Origin: a virus
Lineage: Duplodnaviria; Caudoviricetes
Length of the DNA: 64,000 bases
Virus record (IMG/VR): IMGVR_UViG_2902759955_000002
Location: 96,001 to 160,000 of that record
Direction: 5' to 3' (one strand)
Of the stretch, positions 30,615-41,419 are shown piece after piece. Position 1 is the first letter of the stretch. Every line of letters begins with the position of its first letter. Below the pieces are notes generated by a model that was given only the letters and a program-made list of their open reading frames with translations, was not told the DNA's origin and did not search any database. The translations under genes and the position numbers were made by a program.

Positions 30615-31001
30615 TCAGGCATCAGTGAGCTGGACATACTCCATCCACTTCTCACCTGAGGGCAGGCTTCGGAAGAATCTGGCAGATTCACGTTCATGCG
30701 GTTCGAGTTCGATGTGTCCCCCGCGCAAGATCGCACCAAAGAGGTAGAAGACGTCGCCCTGTACGGGTGCGCCGTGAGACTCTTCGATGCCGGCGAAGGT
30801 CTCGGTCGATGCCAGCACTTCGTCGTAGAAGAGGGTCGCGAGCCGTCCGCGCTCGGCTTGGATGTGGGTGTGTCGAATACCCGATTGCACGAGTTTCGTG
30901 GTTTCTTCAACGTCGTCTGGCAATGTCACGCCTTTGATGATGTCCAGATCGAGCATCAAATTACTAACGTCTTGCTGGAAGTCACTGCATGAATAAGTCA
31001 T
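30615..31001 (-). CDS. hypothetical protein
   Basis: AGGAGG RBS, 128 aa. Confidence 0.7.
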   Translation of the reverse strand: MTYSCSDFQQDVSNLMLDLDIIKGVTLPDDVEETTKLVQSGIRHTHIQAERGRLATLFYDEVLASTETFAGIEESHGAPVQGDVFYLFGAILRGGHIELEPHERESARFFRSLPSGEKWMEYVQLTDA

Positions 31002-31052
31002 TGGGCCTCCTTCTGGGCATAAAGCGGAGAGCCGAAGCTCCCCGCATCCTGA

Positions 31053-33029
31053 TTACTTCAACAGGCGGATCACGAACAGCTCGTCGCCCAGGAAGCCCAC
31101 GTCGGCTTCGAGGATCTTGCCATCCAGCGTCTGGATCAACACACGGTCAACCGTCGCACTGAACGACTGCGCTTCTTCCACAGCATCCTTGATCACCTGA
31201 TAGAGCACAGGCGTCTGGCTCTTCAACAGCACGGCCGGGATATCCTTCGCGAATTCGATGGACAACTGATGCGACAGGCAGTTGAGATACGTGAAGCTCA
31301 CGTTCGAGACCAGGAACGTCAACTTTGGCTTCTTGCCCTCGATTTCCGCTTCGCCCAGGATCAATTCCGTCAGGGCGTTGTGCGTGTCTTCGCTTACTGT
31401 TTCGAAGATGCCGCGAATCAGCGTGCGCTGGTTCTGCACGAACGCCTTGAAGATCAACTCGCCCATCGAGTCGTTCAGATACGCGAGCAGATCTTCGATG
31501 TCGTGCGTGAAGGAATCGATGGACACTTCGGTGACGCTCATGTTCAGCGCGAGGACGCGGTTGACCATGTCCGTTGCACGCTTGTTCGCGCGATACCACA
31601 GCGCCGGCGAGACGTCGCCGAATGCATTGTTCAGCGCTTCCTTCAGTTCCAGGAATGTCTCTGCGTCGCGGAAGTTGTCCACGAAGGCCGATTCGTCCTC
31701 CAGACCCACTGCCGCTTCGGTTACCTGAGCGTAGAGGCGGAAGATTTCCGGCTTGACACCGTTCTCGGTCGAGTTGGCCCACTCGACTGCGCCCTTGAGC
31801 CAGCAACCCGCGACCGAGACATCCGCGTACCAGGCTTCACGTACACGCGTGGTGAGCTTGGCCGGGAGTTCTTCCGTGCGTTGCACGCGCTCCTGCTCGA
31901 TTTCGACGACACCGCGGTTCAGATTTTTCATGATCTGATCGGTGTTGGTGAGATCGAGTGATGGGGCCATCGGTCCGAAGGCGCTGCTTGTTTTGTGACG
32001 ATCGTAATCCATGATGTCCTTGCGTTGCGTGACGAACGCGTTGACCTGCCCCGAGGCCAACCGTTGATAGAAAAGCTGGTGCGTCACCGGGTTGTAAGAC
32101 GGGTGGTATGGCTGGTGTTCCGATGGCGTCCACTTCAACTTAGTCGTCTGTGCGTCTTCCAGCGGCCCATCAGTGGGTTCAGCGATTGCGTTCACGGGTG
32201 TTCTCTCCTGGACTGCGTGTTGGACCGGCGAAGGGGCCTCCTGTGCTGCGGCGTAGCGGGGGGTAACCATGTTCGGCAGTTCGGCCGAGGAATAGCGATC
32301 CCCCATCGTGCGACCCTGTGGGTTCGCGGGCACTTGCTGCTGACCATTCGTGAATGGCGAATTCGCACCACCAGCGGCGTAACCCATGCGTTGCTGCTGC
32401 TGCTGGCCGCCGCCGAAGCGGGGATCACCCCCGGGATGACGCTGTTGATAGCCGTTATAGCCACCTCCACCGCCATTGCCGGCGTAACCACCCCGCTGTT
32501 GGTTGCTGTACTGCTGCTGAGGCGGATACTGGAGATAGCCGTTTTGCTGACGGAAGCGCTCGATGCGCCCAGACAGATTCTCGAAGCCGTAGATCAGGTT
32601 GTCGATCGGTTGGGATGAGTTCGGATTGATGTAGCGGCGCAGGCCCCGATAGAGCTTGAGCATGGTGGCCACCAGCATCTCGATGACTTCCGGCACCGCA
32701 CCCTCGATCACGTTTTCCATCTGGCGATGCGGCTGTTCGCACACCGTCATCACGGAAAAGTCGATGATCGCCTGAACCAGATTCGTGAACTCAGGGTTGT
32801 TGAACTGGTTTTGCGCCATCAGGTTGAAGAAGAACTTACGGAGCGGGTTCGACTCGGCGGTGCGCTGAATCTCGTCTGCTGCGAGGCCCGCCACTAGCGG
32901 GACGTAGTTCCCCATCCAGTTCTCGATGGTCAGCTGCCCGACCATCGGCGGATTCTGCGGACCGAGATTCAGATACGGCCATTGCAGCTGATCGGCGCTG
33001 ACGGGCAGGTTGTCCGTATTGTTGTACAT
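31053..33029 (-). CDS. conserved phiKZ-like protein (gp124 position) with Q/G/Y-rich low-complexity linker
   Basis: synteny after the nvRNAP subunit; AAGGA RBS. Confidence 0.7.
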   Translation of the reverse strand: MYNNTDNLPVSADQLQWPYLNLGPQNPPMVGQLTIENWMGNYVPLVAGLAADEIQRTAESNPLRKFFFNLMAQNQFNNPEFTNLVQAIIDFSVMTVCEQPHRQMENVIEGAVPEVIEMLVATMLKLYRGLRRYINPNSSQPIDNLIYGFENLSGRIERFRQQNGYLQYPPQQQYSNQQRGGYAGNGGGGGYNGYQQRHPGGDPRFGGGQQQQQRMGYAAGGANSPFTNGQQQVPANPQGRTMGDRYSSAELPNMVTPRYAAAQEAPSPVQHAVQERTPVNAIAEPTDGPLEDAQTTKLKWTPSEHQPYHPSYNPVTHQLFYQRLASGQVNAFVTQRKDIMDYDRHKTSSAFGPMAPSLDLTNTDQIMKNLNRGVVEIEQERVQRTEELPAKLTTRVREAWYADVSVAGCWLKGAVEWANSTENGVKPEIFRLYAQVTEAAVGLEDESAFVDNFRDAETFLELKEALNNAFGDVSPALWYRANKRATDMVNRVLALNMSVTEVSIDSFTHDIEDLLAYLNDSMGELIFKAFVQNQRTLIRGIFETVSEDTHNALTELILGEAEIEGKKPKLTFLVSNVSFTYLNCLSHQLSIEFAKDIPAVLLKSQTPVLYQVIKDAVEEAQSFSATVDRVLIQTLDGKILEADVGFLGDELFVIRLLK

Positions 33030-33099
33030 CGCTTCATTCCTTGTTTGTTTGTCGGGCGCTGATGCGGCGCCCGATTATTAATGACTAATGCTTGGTCTT

Positions 33100-34743
33100 T
33101 TACCGCTTGCGTCGCGTATCTTCACTGTATCGATCGAGCATCGGCGCGAGGCGTGGGTCGCGTAGCACCAGGCCGGAGTGATCGAGCTTCAGGCGCTGGT
33201 TGATCCGGGAGCCGCCGGTCGGAGCGGACTTCGGCAGATTGCTGTAGCCACCCACTTCCGCGAACGAGACATGCAGGAACTGCGTCGGGTCGTTCAGGTT
33301 CGCGCGCTCTTTCAGGTTGCCCTGACGTGAGCTGCTGGACTGCGGCACGAGTACGTTCGTGATCTTCAGCGCCTTGTTGTCGCCCGAGCTGGCAATTGTG
33401 GTCACCTCGTTGTGCTGCTTGGTGATACGGAAGATCAAGCCCGTGCTGATGGTCTTGTTCATCCGGTCCACGATGTCCTTCTCGGTCAGTTCCTTTTTGG
33501 AGGCTGCCTTGAGCTTGAAATACAGCTTGAAGATTTCGGTGGTGATGTCCTTCAGCACGAAGTAGAGGATGGACAACTCTTTGTCGTACATGCTGTTGAC
33601 CTTGTCCGCCGCCACGAACAGCCAGTCGGTGATCTTCTCGATGATGATCCCGAAGAACTGATACAAGTCCGTGGCCGGGATGCCGATCTCGATGAACTTC
33701 TTGAGCACGAGGCTATCGATGTATTCGTCAAGCGATCGGATGTGATCTTCCACATCGTCCGCAAGACGCCCTTCCGGCAGGTTCCCTGAGAAGAGCACGT
33801 GACCCATCAGGATGATCCAGGTACGCGTGTTGTCCATGTACTGCGGCAACGTGTTGTTCACGTACTCCGGTTTCACGCGTGTCGGGAAATGGTCGACGAC
33901 ATAGAAGAGACCGGCGATCATATTTCTTACCATCGTGCGCTCGTAGTCGACTCGCTTCACAGCGATTCGCAACGTCGAGGGCTCGTACAAACCACGGCCG
34001 AATCCCTTCGGCTTCACCTGTGTGCTGCTGCAGACGACCCATTGATCGGACGGGTACGTGTCTTCGTTGATTTCCTTGCCGCCCAGGATAGGGGTGCACT
34101 GGGCAAACATCTCGAAGGTTTTCATCAGCCCGTACTTACAGAACAGGTAATGCACCATGGTCGAATGCGCGCGCACCGTCGGCTTGATCTTCCGCATCTT
34201 GGCCGACTTGTGATAAATCATGGCCCACGCAACGTTCGCCTGTTCCCGATGACCGTTCACATTGAAGTTCTGCGTGACCCGCTCGAACGTCAGCACGTCG
34301 CGTAACAACCGTACGAACACGGTATCGGTGCCCACGCTAATCACACGGTCGGAGAGGACCGGCGAAATAAAGAAGCGCGAACCACTAATCGTGATCGAGC
34401 CTGCCTCCGATACGAAGGGCAGGTACATGTACCGCACAATCTCCTTGCCCTTGAAGTTGAAGAAATACTTCACCATGTAGAGGTAGGACACAGCGACATC
34501 GAACATGCGCTTGTTATTCCCCTTCTTGCGAGATGCCTCGTTGAGTTCCTCCATCGGCGTGCATCGTCGCCAGCCGGCATAGGTCAGTCCTTCCGGAAAG
34601 CCACGCGCTGCCGAACGAAACACCGAATCGATGTAGTTCAGCACTTCCGCTTCTTGAAGATGAGTGACAGCGAGACCATTTGCAATCAATGGGTTTAACT
34701 GCGCGCAATTGACATCGATGAGCCGCTCGATTTCGTGATCCAC
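33100..34743 (-). CDS. non-virion RNA polymerase beta-like subunit (phiKZ gp123-like)
   Basis: YMYLPFV..G.ITISGSRF..SPVLSDRVIS, VRLLRD; three genes downstream of the major capsid gene. Confidence 0.8.
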   Translation of the reverse strand: MDHEIERLIDVNCAQLNPLIANGLAVTHLQEAEVLNYIDSVFRSAARGFPEGLTYAGWRRCTPMEELNEASRKKGNNKRMFDVAVSYLYMVKYFFNFKGKEIVRYMYLPFVSEAGSITISGSRFFISPVLSDRVISVGTDTVFVRLLRDVLTFERVTQNFNVNGHREQANVAWAMIYHKSAKMRKIKPTVRAHSTMVHYLFCKYGLMKTFEMFAQCTPILGGKEINEDTYPSDQWVVCSSTQVKPKGFGRGLYEPSTLRIAVKRVDYERTMVRNMIAGLFYVVDHFPTRVKPEYVNNTLPQYMDNTRTWIILMGHVLFSGNLPEGRLADDVEDHIRSLDEYIDSLVLKKFIEIGIPATDLYQFFGIIIEKITDWLFVAADKVNSMYDKELSILYFVLKDITTEIFKLYFKLKAASKKELTEKDIVDRMNKTISTGLIFRITKQHNEVTTIASSGDNKALKITNVLVPQSSSSRQGNLKERANLNDPTQFLHVSFAEVGGYSNLPKSAPTGGSRINQRLKLDHSGLVLRDPRLAPMLDRYSEDTRRKR

Positions 34744-34780
34744 AGTTGCTACTTCCTTAGATGTTGTTCAGGTCTTTGTT

Positions 34781-35974
34781 TCATTTTTTGTTTGCGCTAC
34801 TGGAGTTCATCTGAGCCGTCTTGTACGCGAGGTACGCCACGCCCAGTGCGCCCAGAATGGCCGGCAACTGTTTCAGCCATTCCGAGGTCTCCTTTGCTTC
34901 TTTCTTACGTTCCTGGGTGGCCTTCGCATCGAGCATGAGGCGCTCGTAGTGGGCTTTCATGCGGTCGAGTTCCATCTTTGCCCGAAAGGCTTCCTCCGCG
35001 AAGGCGGCTTGGGCACGCTCTAGCGCCTGCTGGATCCGCGTTTTCTCGACTTCCCACTCATGCTGTTCGCGCATCTGCGCCTGCTTAGCTTCAGCAAGTT
35101 CGCCCTTTGCTTTCAGGAGCGATTCTTCTTTGGCGAGGAGTTCCTGCTTGCGCTTTGTCTCTCCATCGCCACAGTGTTCCGCCTCTACGTAAGTTTTGTA
35201 CAACTCCAGGATGTCGTCGGCCTCTTCCAAGGTGTAGCGATGCCAACCCACAGTCGAGGGCAGTCGCGTGTTTTCAAAGGGTTTGTTCCGGATTACCCAG
35301 ACGCCATCCTCACGGGTGGCATCCGGAGTCGCAGAGATGCGATAGATGCTCCCGTTACGGTTGATAAAGCGGTCCCCGAACCGGCCCGCGTTATCAACGA
35401 TCTTGATGGCCTCGTTGAAGGCTTCCCGCTCACCTCGCGCGACACTCTGGTCGAGTAAGGCCAGTGCGCGCCCCATTTCACTGAAAGGGTGCGGCCCAGC
35501 CTCGATACCGCGGAAGGTTGAGACGACGATATCGTGGTGATGGTCATAAATCTCGAACTTATGCTGGCGTAACTCCTCGTGGGTAATGGTCTCCTCTGTG
35601 CGAAACAGCATGTGCTGCTCAAGAGGGCCGAGCTGATGTTGGGTAACAATTTCCCGTAGGTCCCGAATCTGCTTCGATTCGTTTTCCCGTACCATCTTGA
35701 TCCAGTTGATAAACGCCTGATGCATGGATCGGTGCACACGCCAGTCCGTGCGGATGACGAACGCCGAGCGCATCGGATCAGGGATCGAAGGAAATTCCCA
35801 CTGCAACCCGTTACGTTCTATGACAGTAACGACGCATGGCAGGAAGTTGAAGTACCGGGTTCGGACCTCGAGAAGATCGTCGCGCTGGTTGGCACTCAGG
35901 TGTGCGAGGCCGAGCTGCGTGATCTCTACCCGCCCGTAATGAGCATCGGGTAGGAAGTGGTCCATCACGTTCAT
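34781..35974 (-). CDS. conserved phiKZ-like protein with coiled coil and C-terminal TM anchor
   Basis: long E/K coiled coil followed by LPAILGALGVAYLAY. Confidence 0.7.
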   Translation of the reverse strand: MNVMDHFLPDAHYGRVEITQLGLAHLSANQRDDLLEVRTRYFNFLPCVVTVIERNGLQWEFPSIPDPMRSAFVIRTDWRVHRSMHQAFINWIKMVRENESKQIRDLREIVTQHQLGPLEQHMLFRTEETITHEELRQHKFEIYDHHHDIVVSTFRGIEAGPHPFSEMGRALALLDQSVARGEREAFNEAIKIVDNAGRFGDRFINRNGSIYRISATPDATREDGVWVIRNKPFENTRLPSTVGWHRYTLEEADDILELYKTYVEAEHCGDGETKRKQELLAKEESLLKAKGELAEAKQAQMREQHEWEVEKTRIQQALERAQAAFAEEAFRAKMELDRMKAHYERLMLDAKATQERKKEAKETSEWLKQLPAILGALGVAYLAYKTAQMNSSSANKK

Positions 35975-36109
35975 ACGTACCGTCCATTTTCATTGCGAGC
36001 GAAATGGATCGCTTGAAAATCATGACTTTACCGAGTCAACTAATCGTCAAACCGCATCGCCTCCAAAGTTTCATCGTCAGGGATCGATCCCTTTTTACTG
36101 CTCATTACG

Positions 36110-36123
36110 ATGATATATGTCTC
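36110..36123 (-). promoter_or_regulatory. putative phage early promoter
   Basis: GACATATATCAT, resembling the phiKZ early TATATTAC motif; shared with four other sites. Confidence 0.5.
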
Positions 36124-36303
36124 AAACTGGATTGACGGTTTGTCAAGAGGCGATAAATAAAACAGATGGCATAAAAGCCCACTTGAGATACCCCGGAGGG
36201 CATCCCAAGCAGGCTTTCATCCCAGGGTACAACTCTCTCCCCACTGTCAACGCTTGGCAGAGACAGGTTTTCACCCGCTCTGCTATCGCGTCGAACCCGT
36301 CGA

Positions 36304-38580
36304 TTAAACGGTGTGGAAGTCGACCGGCACCTTGTTGTAGGCGATGTTGCTGATGCCCGTCACGTTGATCACGCCCAGCACCGGCAGGTTCGTCACGTGC
36401 AGGTACGACGGCTGCACGGTCAGTTCCTTCGATTGCGCGCCGTTACGGATCATCGGCAGCACGACGGTCATTTCCGGCTTCCACGCCATGTTGCCGAAGT
36501 GCAGCGGATTGGGCACACCAGCGCGTTCGGCCGAGAAGTCACCGAACGACAGGACGATCTTGCCGCTCATGCGCTTGTTCAGCGTCGAGACGATCTTCAC
36601 GTCGAACTGACCACCCAGCGTGCGCAGGTCGCCCGTCACCATCAGGTAACGTGCGATGTACGGATCGGTACCGATGATGACCGTCGGAACCGGAGCCACG
36701 CCACCAGCCAGTGCGTCAGCACCTGCCTTGTAGCCCGACTGCACGTACAGCGTGTACGAGATGTCGCGCAGCGCGTTCACCAGGGTAGCCTGGATGTCCG
36801 CAGCACGTTGATGCGCCGACAGCGAGTCGGTTTGCGTATCGACGGCCAGATCCTTCTCGATGTAGGCCGGCTGGATCACGAAGCGCGACACACCCATGAT
36901 CTGCGGCGTGTCTTGCGGATCGTTCGGTGCGGCCAGCGTGTTCAGCGCGCTGGTCGTTTCCGCCAACAGGTCTTGCACGCGCAGCAGCTCGTCGACCGCG
37001 CTGTTCGACGTACGGATACGCGTCGTCGTGATCAGGGCTGCCAGATCGCTCGAGTCGTTTGCATCACCAACTGCCATCGGACGCGGGATCGTGATCGGAG
37101 CCAACAGCGGCACCGTGTAGATCTGGTTGTAGTAGTTGGTGTTCAACAGCTGACCGCGTTGACGGCGGTTGGTGTTCGTGCGACGTGCATCGAGGTCGTA
37201 GCCGATCACGACAGCGCCGTCGAAGAGGGCAGCCAGCGTTGCAGCGGTACCCGAGCTCGTGTCCAGCGCGCTGTCCGAGCTGTTCTTCAGCGACGTCAGC
37301 GAGACGCTCGAAGCGTTGATTTCGGTGTTACCCAATTCGAGGTTCACCGAACCGAACATCGACAGACCGATGCGCGCTTCGTAACCACCCGTGACGATCG
37401 GCGCCAAGATTGCCGAAGCCGCACCGTCGGCCTGCAGGGTGTTCGGACCAACCAGCAGCGTGTCGGTCTTGTACTGCAGGTTCATCTGACGGTAGACGTC
37501 TTGAACTGCGTAGTTGAACGTCGCCAGCGGCAGGTTCTTCGTGTTGAACTTCACGACTTCGGTCGTCGTCACGTCGTTGACCGTCTGCGTGAACTGCACG
37601 TACACAGCCGCCAACGCGAGTTGCGTGTCGATTGCATCGGTGATGTCCAGCAAGCCGGTTTCCAGCAACGCTTCCGTTTGCGAGATCGCGAGCAGCGAGA
37701 ACTTCGCGCCGACCTTCAACGGTGCGGTCGTGACCGACGTGTCGTCCGACAGCAATTCAGCGTACGGCTCGACAGCCGACGAGGACACGAAGTACTTCGC
37801 GCTTTCGTCACGCACGACCGGGATGATCTTCGTCTGGTCGTTGCGCAGGATCGTCGGATCGATCACGGCTTGCACGATGTTGCGACGGTCGAAGTTCTTC
37901 GTCGGGTCGCCCGAGATCGGACGCTTCGGTTCGTTGTACGCTTCGATCAGGCGGATCGACACCGTGTAACCCACTTGGTCCGGTGTGACCACGACTGTCG
38001 GATAGAACGCTTCGCCGAATTCATCCTGGCGTGCGGCGTTCAGGTTGTACGCGACGGAATACACCACCGCGTTCTTGTTTTCCTTCTCGTCGTACGCTTC
38101 CAGCGCGGGCTTGACGCGCTCGAACATACGGTCTGCGCCGGTTTGCGGCGTGATGAACTGCATGCCTTCAACCGAGACACGGTCGTGCTTGACCGGTGCC
38201 TTCAGGTAGCCGGGAATGTCGCCCGTGATGGCGGCCATCGCGGTGGCCGCTGCCAATTGCGCGTCGGTGTACACCGGGTCGAACTTCGCACCGTGTGCGC
38301 CGTCGTGTTGACCTTCGACAGCGATGTGACGAGGTGCATGTTCCTTCACGATGCTGGCCAGTGCGCTGTGCAAATTCACAACGGACGAATCCAGATCTTG
38401 CTGCAGCATCGGGTCGATCGACTCGAGCGACCATGCGGCGCGCGATACCGAATCGGACACGAACGTGCCGCCTGCGTTGCGGCTCGTTTCTTCGCGCAGG
38501 GAGGCTACGACCTTATCCAGGATCGTCGCCGGCTGAGCCCCGATACGGCTTTTGTTTTGGAACAGGGAAGGGGTGGTCAT
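36304..38580 (-). CDS. major capsid protein (phiKZ gp120-like)
   Basis: ALEAYDEK...YN..AARQDEFGEAFYPTVVV.PD, RTNTNRRQRG, PLHFGNM; strong codon bias. Confidence 0.9.
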   Translation of the reverse strand: MTTPSLFQNKSRIGAQPATILDKVVASLREETSRNAGGTFVSDSVSRAAWSLESIDPMLQQDLDSSVVNLHSALASIVKEHAPRHIAVEGQHDGAHGAKFDPVYTDAQLAAATAMAAITGDIPGYLKAPVKHDRVSVEGMQFITPQTGADRMFERVKPALEAYDEKENKNAVVYSVAYNLNAARQDEFGEAFYPTVVVTPDQVGYTVSIRLIEAYNEPKRPISGDPTKNFDRRNIVQAVIDPTILRNDQTKIIPVVRDESAKYFVSSSAVEPYAELLSDDTSVTTAPLKVGAKFSLLAISQTEALLETGLLDITDAIDTQLALAAVYVQFTQTVNDVTTTEVVKFNTKNLPLATFNYAVQDVYRQMNLQYKTDTLLVGPNTLQADGAASAILAPIVTGGYEARIGLSMFGSVNLELGNTEINASSVSLTSLKNSSDSALDTSSGTAATLAALFDGAVVIGYDLDARRTNTNRRQRGQLLNTNYYNQIYTVPLLAPITIPRPMAVGDANDSSDLAALITTTRIRTSNSAVDELLRVQDLLAETTSALNTLAAPNDPQDTPQIMGVSRFVIQPAYIEKDLAVDTQTDSLSAHQRAADIQATLVNALRDISYTLYVQSGYKAGADALAGGVAPVPTVIIGTDPYIARYLMVTGDLRTLGGQFDVKIVSTLNKRMSGKIVLSFGDFSAERAGVPNPLHFGNMAWKPEMTVVLPMIRNGAQSKELTVQPSYLHVTNLPVLGVINVTGISNIAYNKVPVDFHTV

Positions 38581-38636
38581 GAGCAATCCTAACCTTAACA
38601 GTGGAAAAAGAGAGTTACTGGCGGGACCAGTGAGGC

Positions 38637-39182
38637 TCAAACTGTCAGCTGTTTGGCAGACAACAATCCGAGATAACGCTTAAACAGAGGCGTCGACGAC
38701 ACCTCGTGGCATGCGCTGTACGCATACAATACCTTTAGGATTGCTACGGTTAAGGCCGTGCGATACCCATCGGCACCGGCTTCTTCAGTGAAGAAACCAG
38801 GGTTCACCACGACGCCTACTGCTTCACGCGTGATGTCATAGATATAAAAGGGTTCTTTGTGGTGCGGGAGGCGCGACTCCGGTGAGAACAGCCGCGCGCG
38901 CAACTCTTCGTCGAAGGTAGGATTTTCCAGCAGCGGGAGAATAGTTTGCGAGAGGAACGTTTTGTTCTGACCTTGCGCGCTGTTCAACCACGCATCCAAC
39001 AGATAGAGGCTCCACGTTCCGTGGGGTTCTCCCACCATTCGCCCCATCAACACCTGCGCGCTTAAAAAGCAGAGCAGGTCATTGGTGCTGGATACCGGGC
39101 GCAATTGCTCAAAGTCGAGACAGGCGGACAAAGGAAGCTTGTGGCGAGCGAGTGTCTCATGCACCCAATAAGGGATGAGCAT
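38637..39182 (-). CDS. conserved protein (phiKZ gp119 position)
   Basis: lies between the major capsid gene and the helicase. Confidence 0.6.
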   Translation of the reverse strand: MLIPYWVHETLARHKLPLSACLDFEQLRPVSSTNDLLCFLSAQVLMGRMVGEPHGTWSLYLLDAWLNSAQGQNKTFLSQTILPLLENPTFDEELRARLFSPESRLPHHKEPFYIYDITREAVGVVVNPGFFTEEAGADGYRTALTVAILKVLYAYSACHEVSSTPLFKRYLGLLSAKQLTV

Positions 39183-39310
39183 CACCTGCTTGAGTGGACG
39201 GGCAGCGGACACGAATCTTTGCTCCAGCAATAAGGGAAGGAAGTAATAAAAAGAAAACGACGTTTTCTTCTATGTCCCGAGAAATCAAATTCTTCACACT
39301 ATTTATCAAG

Positions 39311-40516
39311 ATGAACCACAAACTGCTGCTGGTGAAGTGCATTACGCTCCTGTTCCGTGAGAGCCAGCTGCCGGGGGGTCATGAGAATTCCGCCACCTTG
39401 GTGCGCAACGTCATTGCGAATATCAAGGAAGCTCAGATCTCTATCGGTCTGGATCACGAACGCGAAGTCACCATCGCACTCAAGAAAATGGCGATCACCA
39501 TGTGTGAGACGCCCCCTGATCACGAACACGATGTGGACGAAGCGCTGCAGCAACTGAAAGTTGCGTGCGGCGAGGATGAAACGCTTTTTGATTCGTTTCG
39601 CGAAGGGATCGAAAAGGAACTGACTGAAAACCGCACGAAGAAGATGGCGCTGAATCTGCGCCGCTCTTTGAACGAGTATTTCCGCGAGGAGAAGATCCAG
39701 GAGATCATCTTCAACGCGTCGAACAAGCTGCGCTTTAACCGCGGGCAGGTCATGAACATGAAACAGTTCGTGGCTGAAACCGTGGCGCTTCTCGAGCCGT
39801 ATCAGGTCGACAGCGAAACGAAGGATCCGGCGATTGTCGCTTCGGTCAATCTCGCCATGGCCGAAGAGGTCAAAACGATCTTCAAGAATGTGCAGAAGGC
39901 CGAGCAGGGCGGGGGGATTCTGCGCACGGGATGGCAAGGCGTGAACCGCATGTGGCGGGGTGGCTTTCGCCGAGGTCAAGAAGTGGTGATCGGCGCGCTG
40001 CAGCACAACTTCAAAACCGGCTTCTCGCTCGGGGCCTTTATCGGCGTGGCACTTTTCAACACGCCCGAGACAGCATTCCCGGAAATCCTCACACCGAAGA
40101 AGCCGCTGCTCTATCGGGTCTCCTTCGAAGACGACCTCGAGCTGAACTTCCAGTACATGTACGAAGTGCTCATGGCCTACGACGGGCGTGAGAACGAGAT
40201 TGTCGTCAAGACGAAGGAAGACTTCGAGGCGATGACCGCCGAAGAGCTCGAAGGCTATATCGACAAGATCTCGGCGTACGTGATGGAGCGCATGCGCGTC
40301 AATGGCTTCGAAGTGATCATGGAGCGCGTGAATCCGTCGAACTGGACGTACATGCATCTGTGCAATCGGATGCTCGAACTCGAATCCGACGGCTACGAAG
40401 TGTTCATGTGCATGGCGGATTACCTACCCATGTTGCCGACCACGGGCTGTCTGCAAGGTCCGGCCGGCACGGACATGCAGGACATGTACCGTCGTATCCG
40501 TAACTTCATGTCGGCT
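39311..40516 (+). CDS. dnaB: DnaB-like replicative helicase, exon 1
   Basis: RTGWQGVNRM..GGFRRG, variant Walker A GALQHNFKT, SFEDD, MADYL; interrupted after RNFMSA. Confidence 0.88.
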
Positions 40517-40896
40517 TAAAGTAATTTGAAAAACTTGTCAAGGGATTCGAATTCCAGGCCCTCGTGTAGGAAACTACACAAGTAAAACTCTTTGAATTGA
40601 CGGGAAACCCCTGAGAGCTCTTCCTACCAAACGCATGGAGCAATTCATGCGCGGCCAGCGTAATGACCTGGGTACGGTAACAAAGGAAGAGATTGGGCAA
40701 TCCGCAGCGAAGCTTCTCTGTGAGAAGAACGTTCAACGACTATGGCGTGACTGCCAGTACCGAGCAAGCGCTTGGGAAGTGAAGAGCACCTGACCGGCCA
40801 CTGCCGAAGGTGAAGATATAGTCTGCTCCATTGGGAAAGCCAATGGCGGGTGTCATCGCACACCGGCTCCGTCTAGCGAACGGAGTGGACAACAGG
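40517..40896 (+). ncRNA. group I self-splicing intron without an ORF (probably subgroup IA)
   Basis: P AATTGACGGGAA 40595, Q AATCCGCAGC 40699, R GTTCAACGACTA 40731, S AAGATATAGTC 40813; U before the 5' site, terminal G; removal restores the frame. Confidence 0.9.
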
Positions 40897-41274
40897 AAGA
40901 AGATCGCGTTCCCGACCCCGCACCAGCTCTCGACCGACGCCAAGCAGATGATCCGCGATGGCAAGAGCGACTTCGTCAAGGAGTTGCCGGGTAAGGGCTA
41001 TTACAAGGGCTGCAAGCAGATTGATCAAGAGGTTGATCTGGAGACGTATATCCACATCGAGAAATCGAACAACGAATCGTTCCTGACGATCCAGCGGGGC
41101 AAGCATCGGCTTATCGGTCAGACCAACCCGAAGGATCTCTACTGCGTGCTGCCTTTCACGAAGTACGGTTTGGCGTTTGATGTGGATCGTGCCGACACCA
41201 CGCGCAAGAAGGTGGGCGGCGGTCCGATCGGCAGCAACGAAGAAACCCCGTTCTGGGAAACGATGGAAGCGTAA
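40897..41274 (+). CDS. dnaB: DnaB-like helicase, exon 2
   Basis: KKIAFPTPHQLS, IDQEVD, QRGKHR (C-terminal helicase motifs). Confidence 0.88.
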   Translation, partial: KKIAFPTPHQLSTDAKQMIRDGKSDFVKELPGKGYYKGCKQIDQEVDLETYIHIEKSNNESFLTIQRGKHRLIGQTNPKDLYCVLPFTKYGLAFDVDRADTTRKKVGGGPIGSNEETPFWETMEA

Positions 41275-41419
41275 CGCGGCTCCGGGTCGCGAACTAATCT
41301 TGTGTAACAAACGCCCGCCAGTAACACCGGGTCTGCTCAGGAACCCTGGCTCCACGAGGGTGTCCTGAGCCGTTCCTTTATGCAGTCTCCTTACCCTCCA
41401 CCCCGTCGGCGCAAAAAAA

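Noticed and set aside
36055-36105. Hammerhead-like CTGACGA-T-GAAAC on the minus strand, and a 21-codon ORF
   Set aside because: No stem II between the core segments; the ORF lacks an RBS.
36313-38592. 759-aa plus-strand ORF antisense to the major capsid gene
   Set aside because: In-register shadow ORF caused by strong codon bias; no RBS and no protein-like motifs.
40517-40896. dnaB as a pseudogene, two separate genes or an intein
   Set aside because: In-frame stop plus a complete group I core and exact frame restoration point to RNA splicing.
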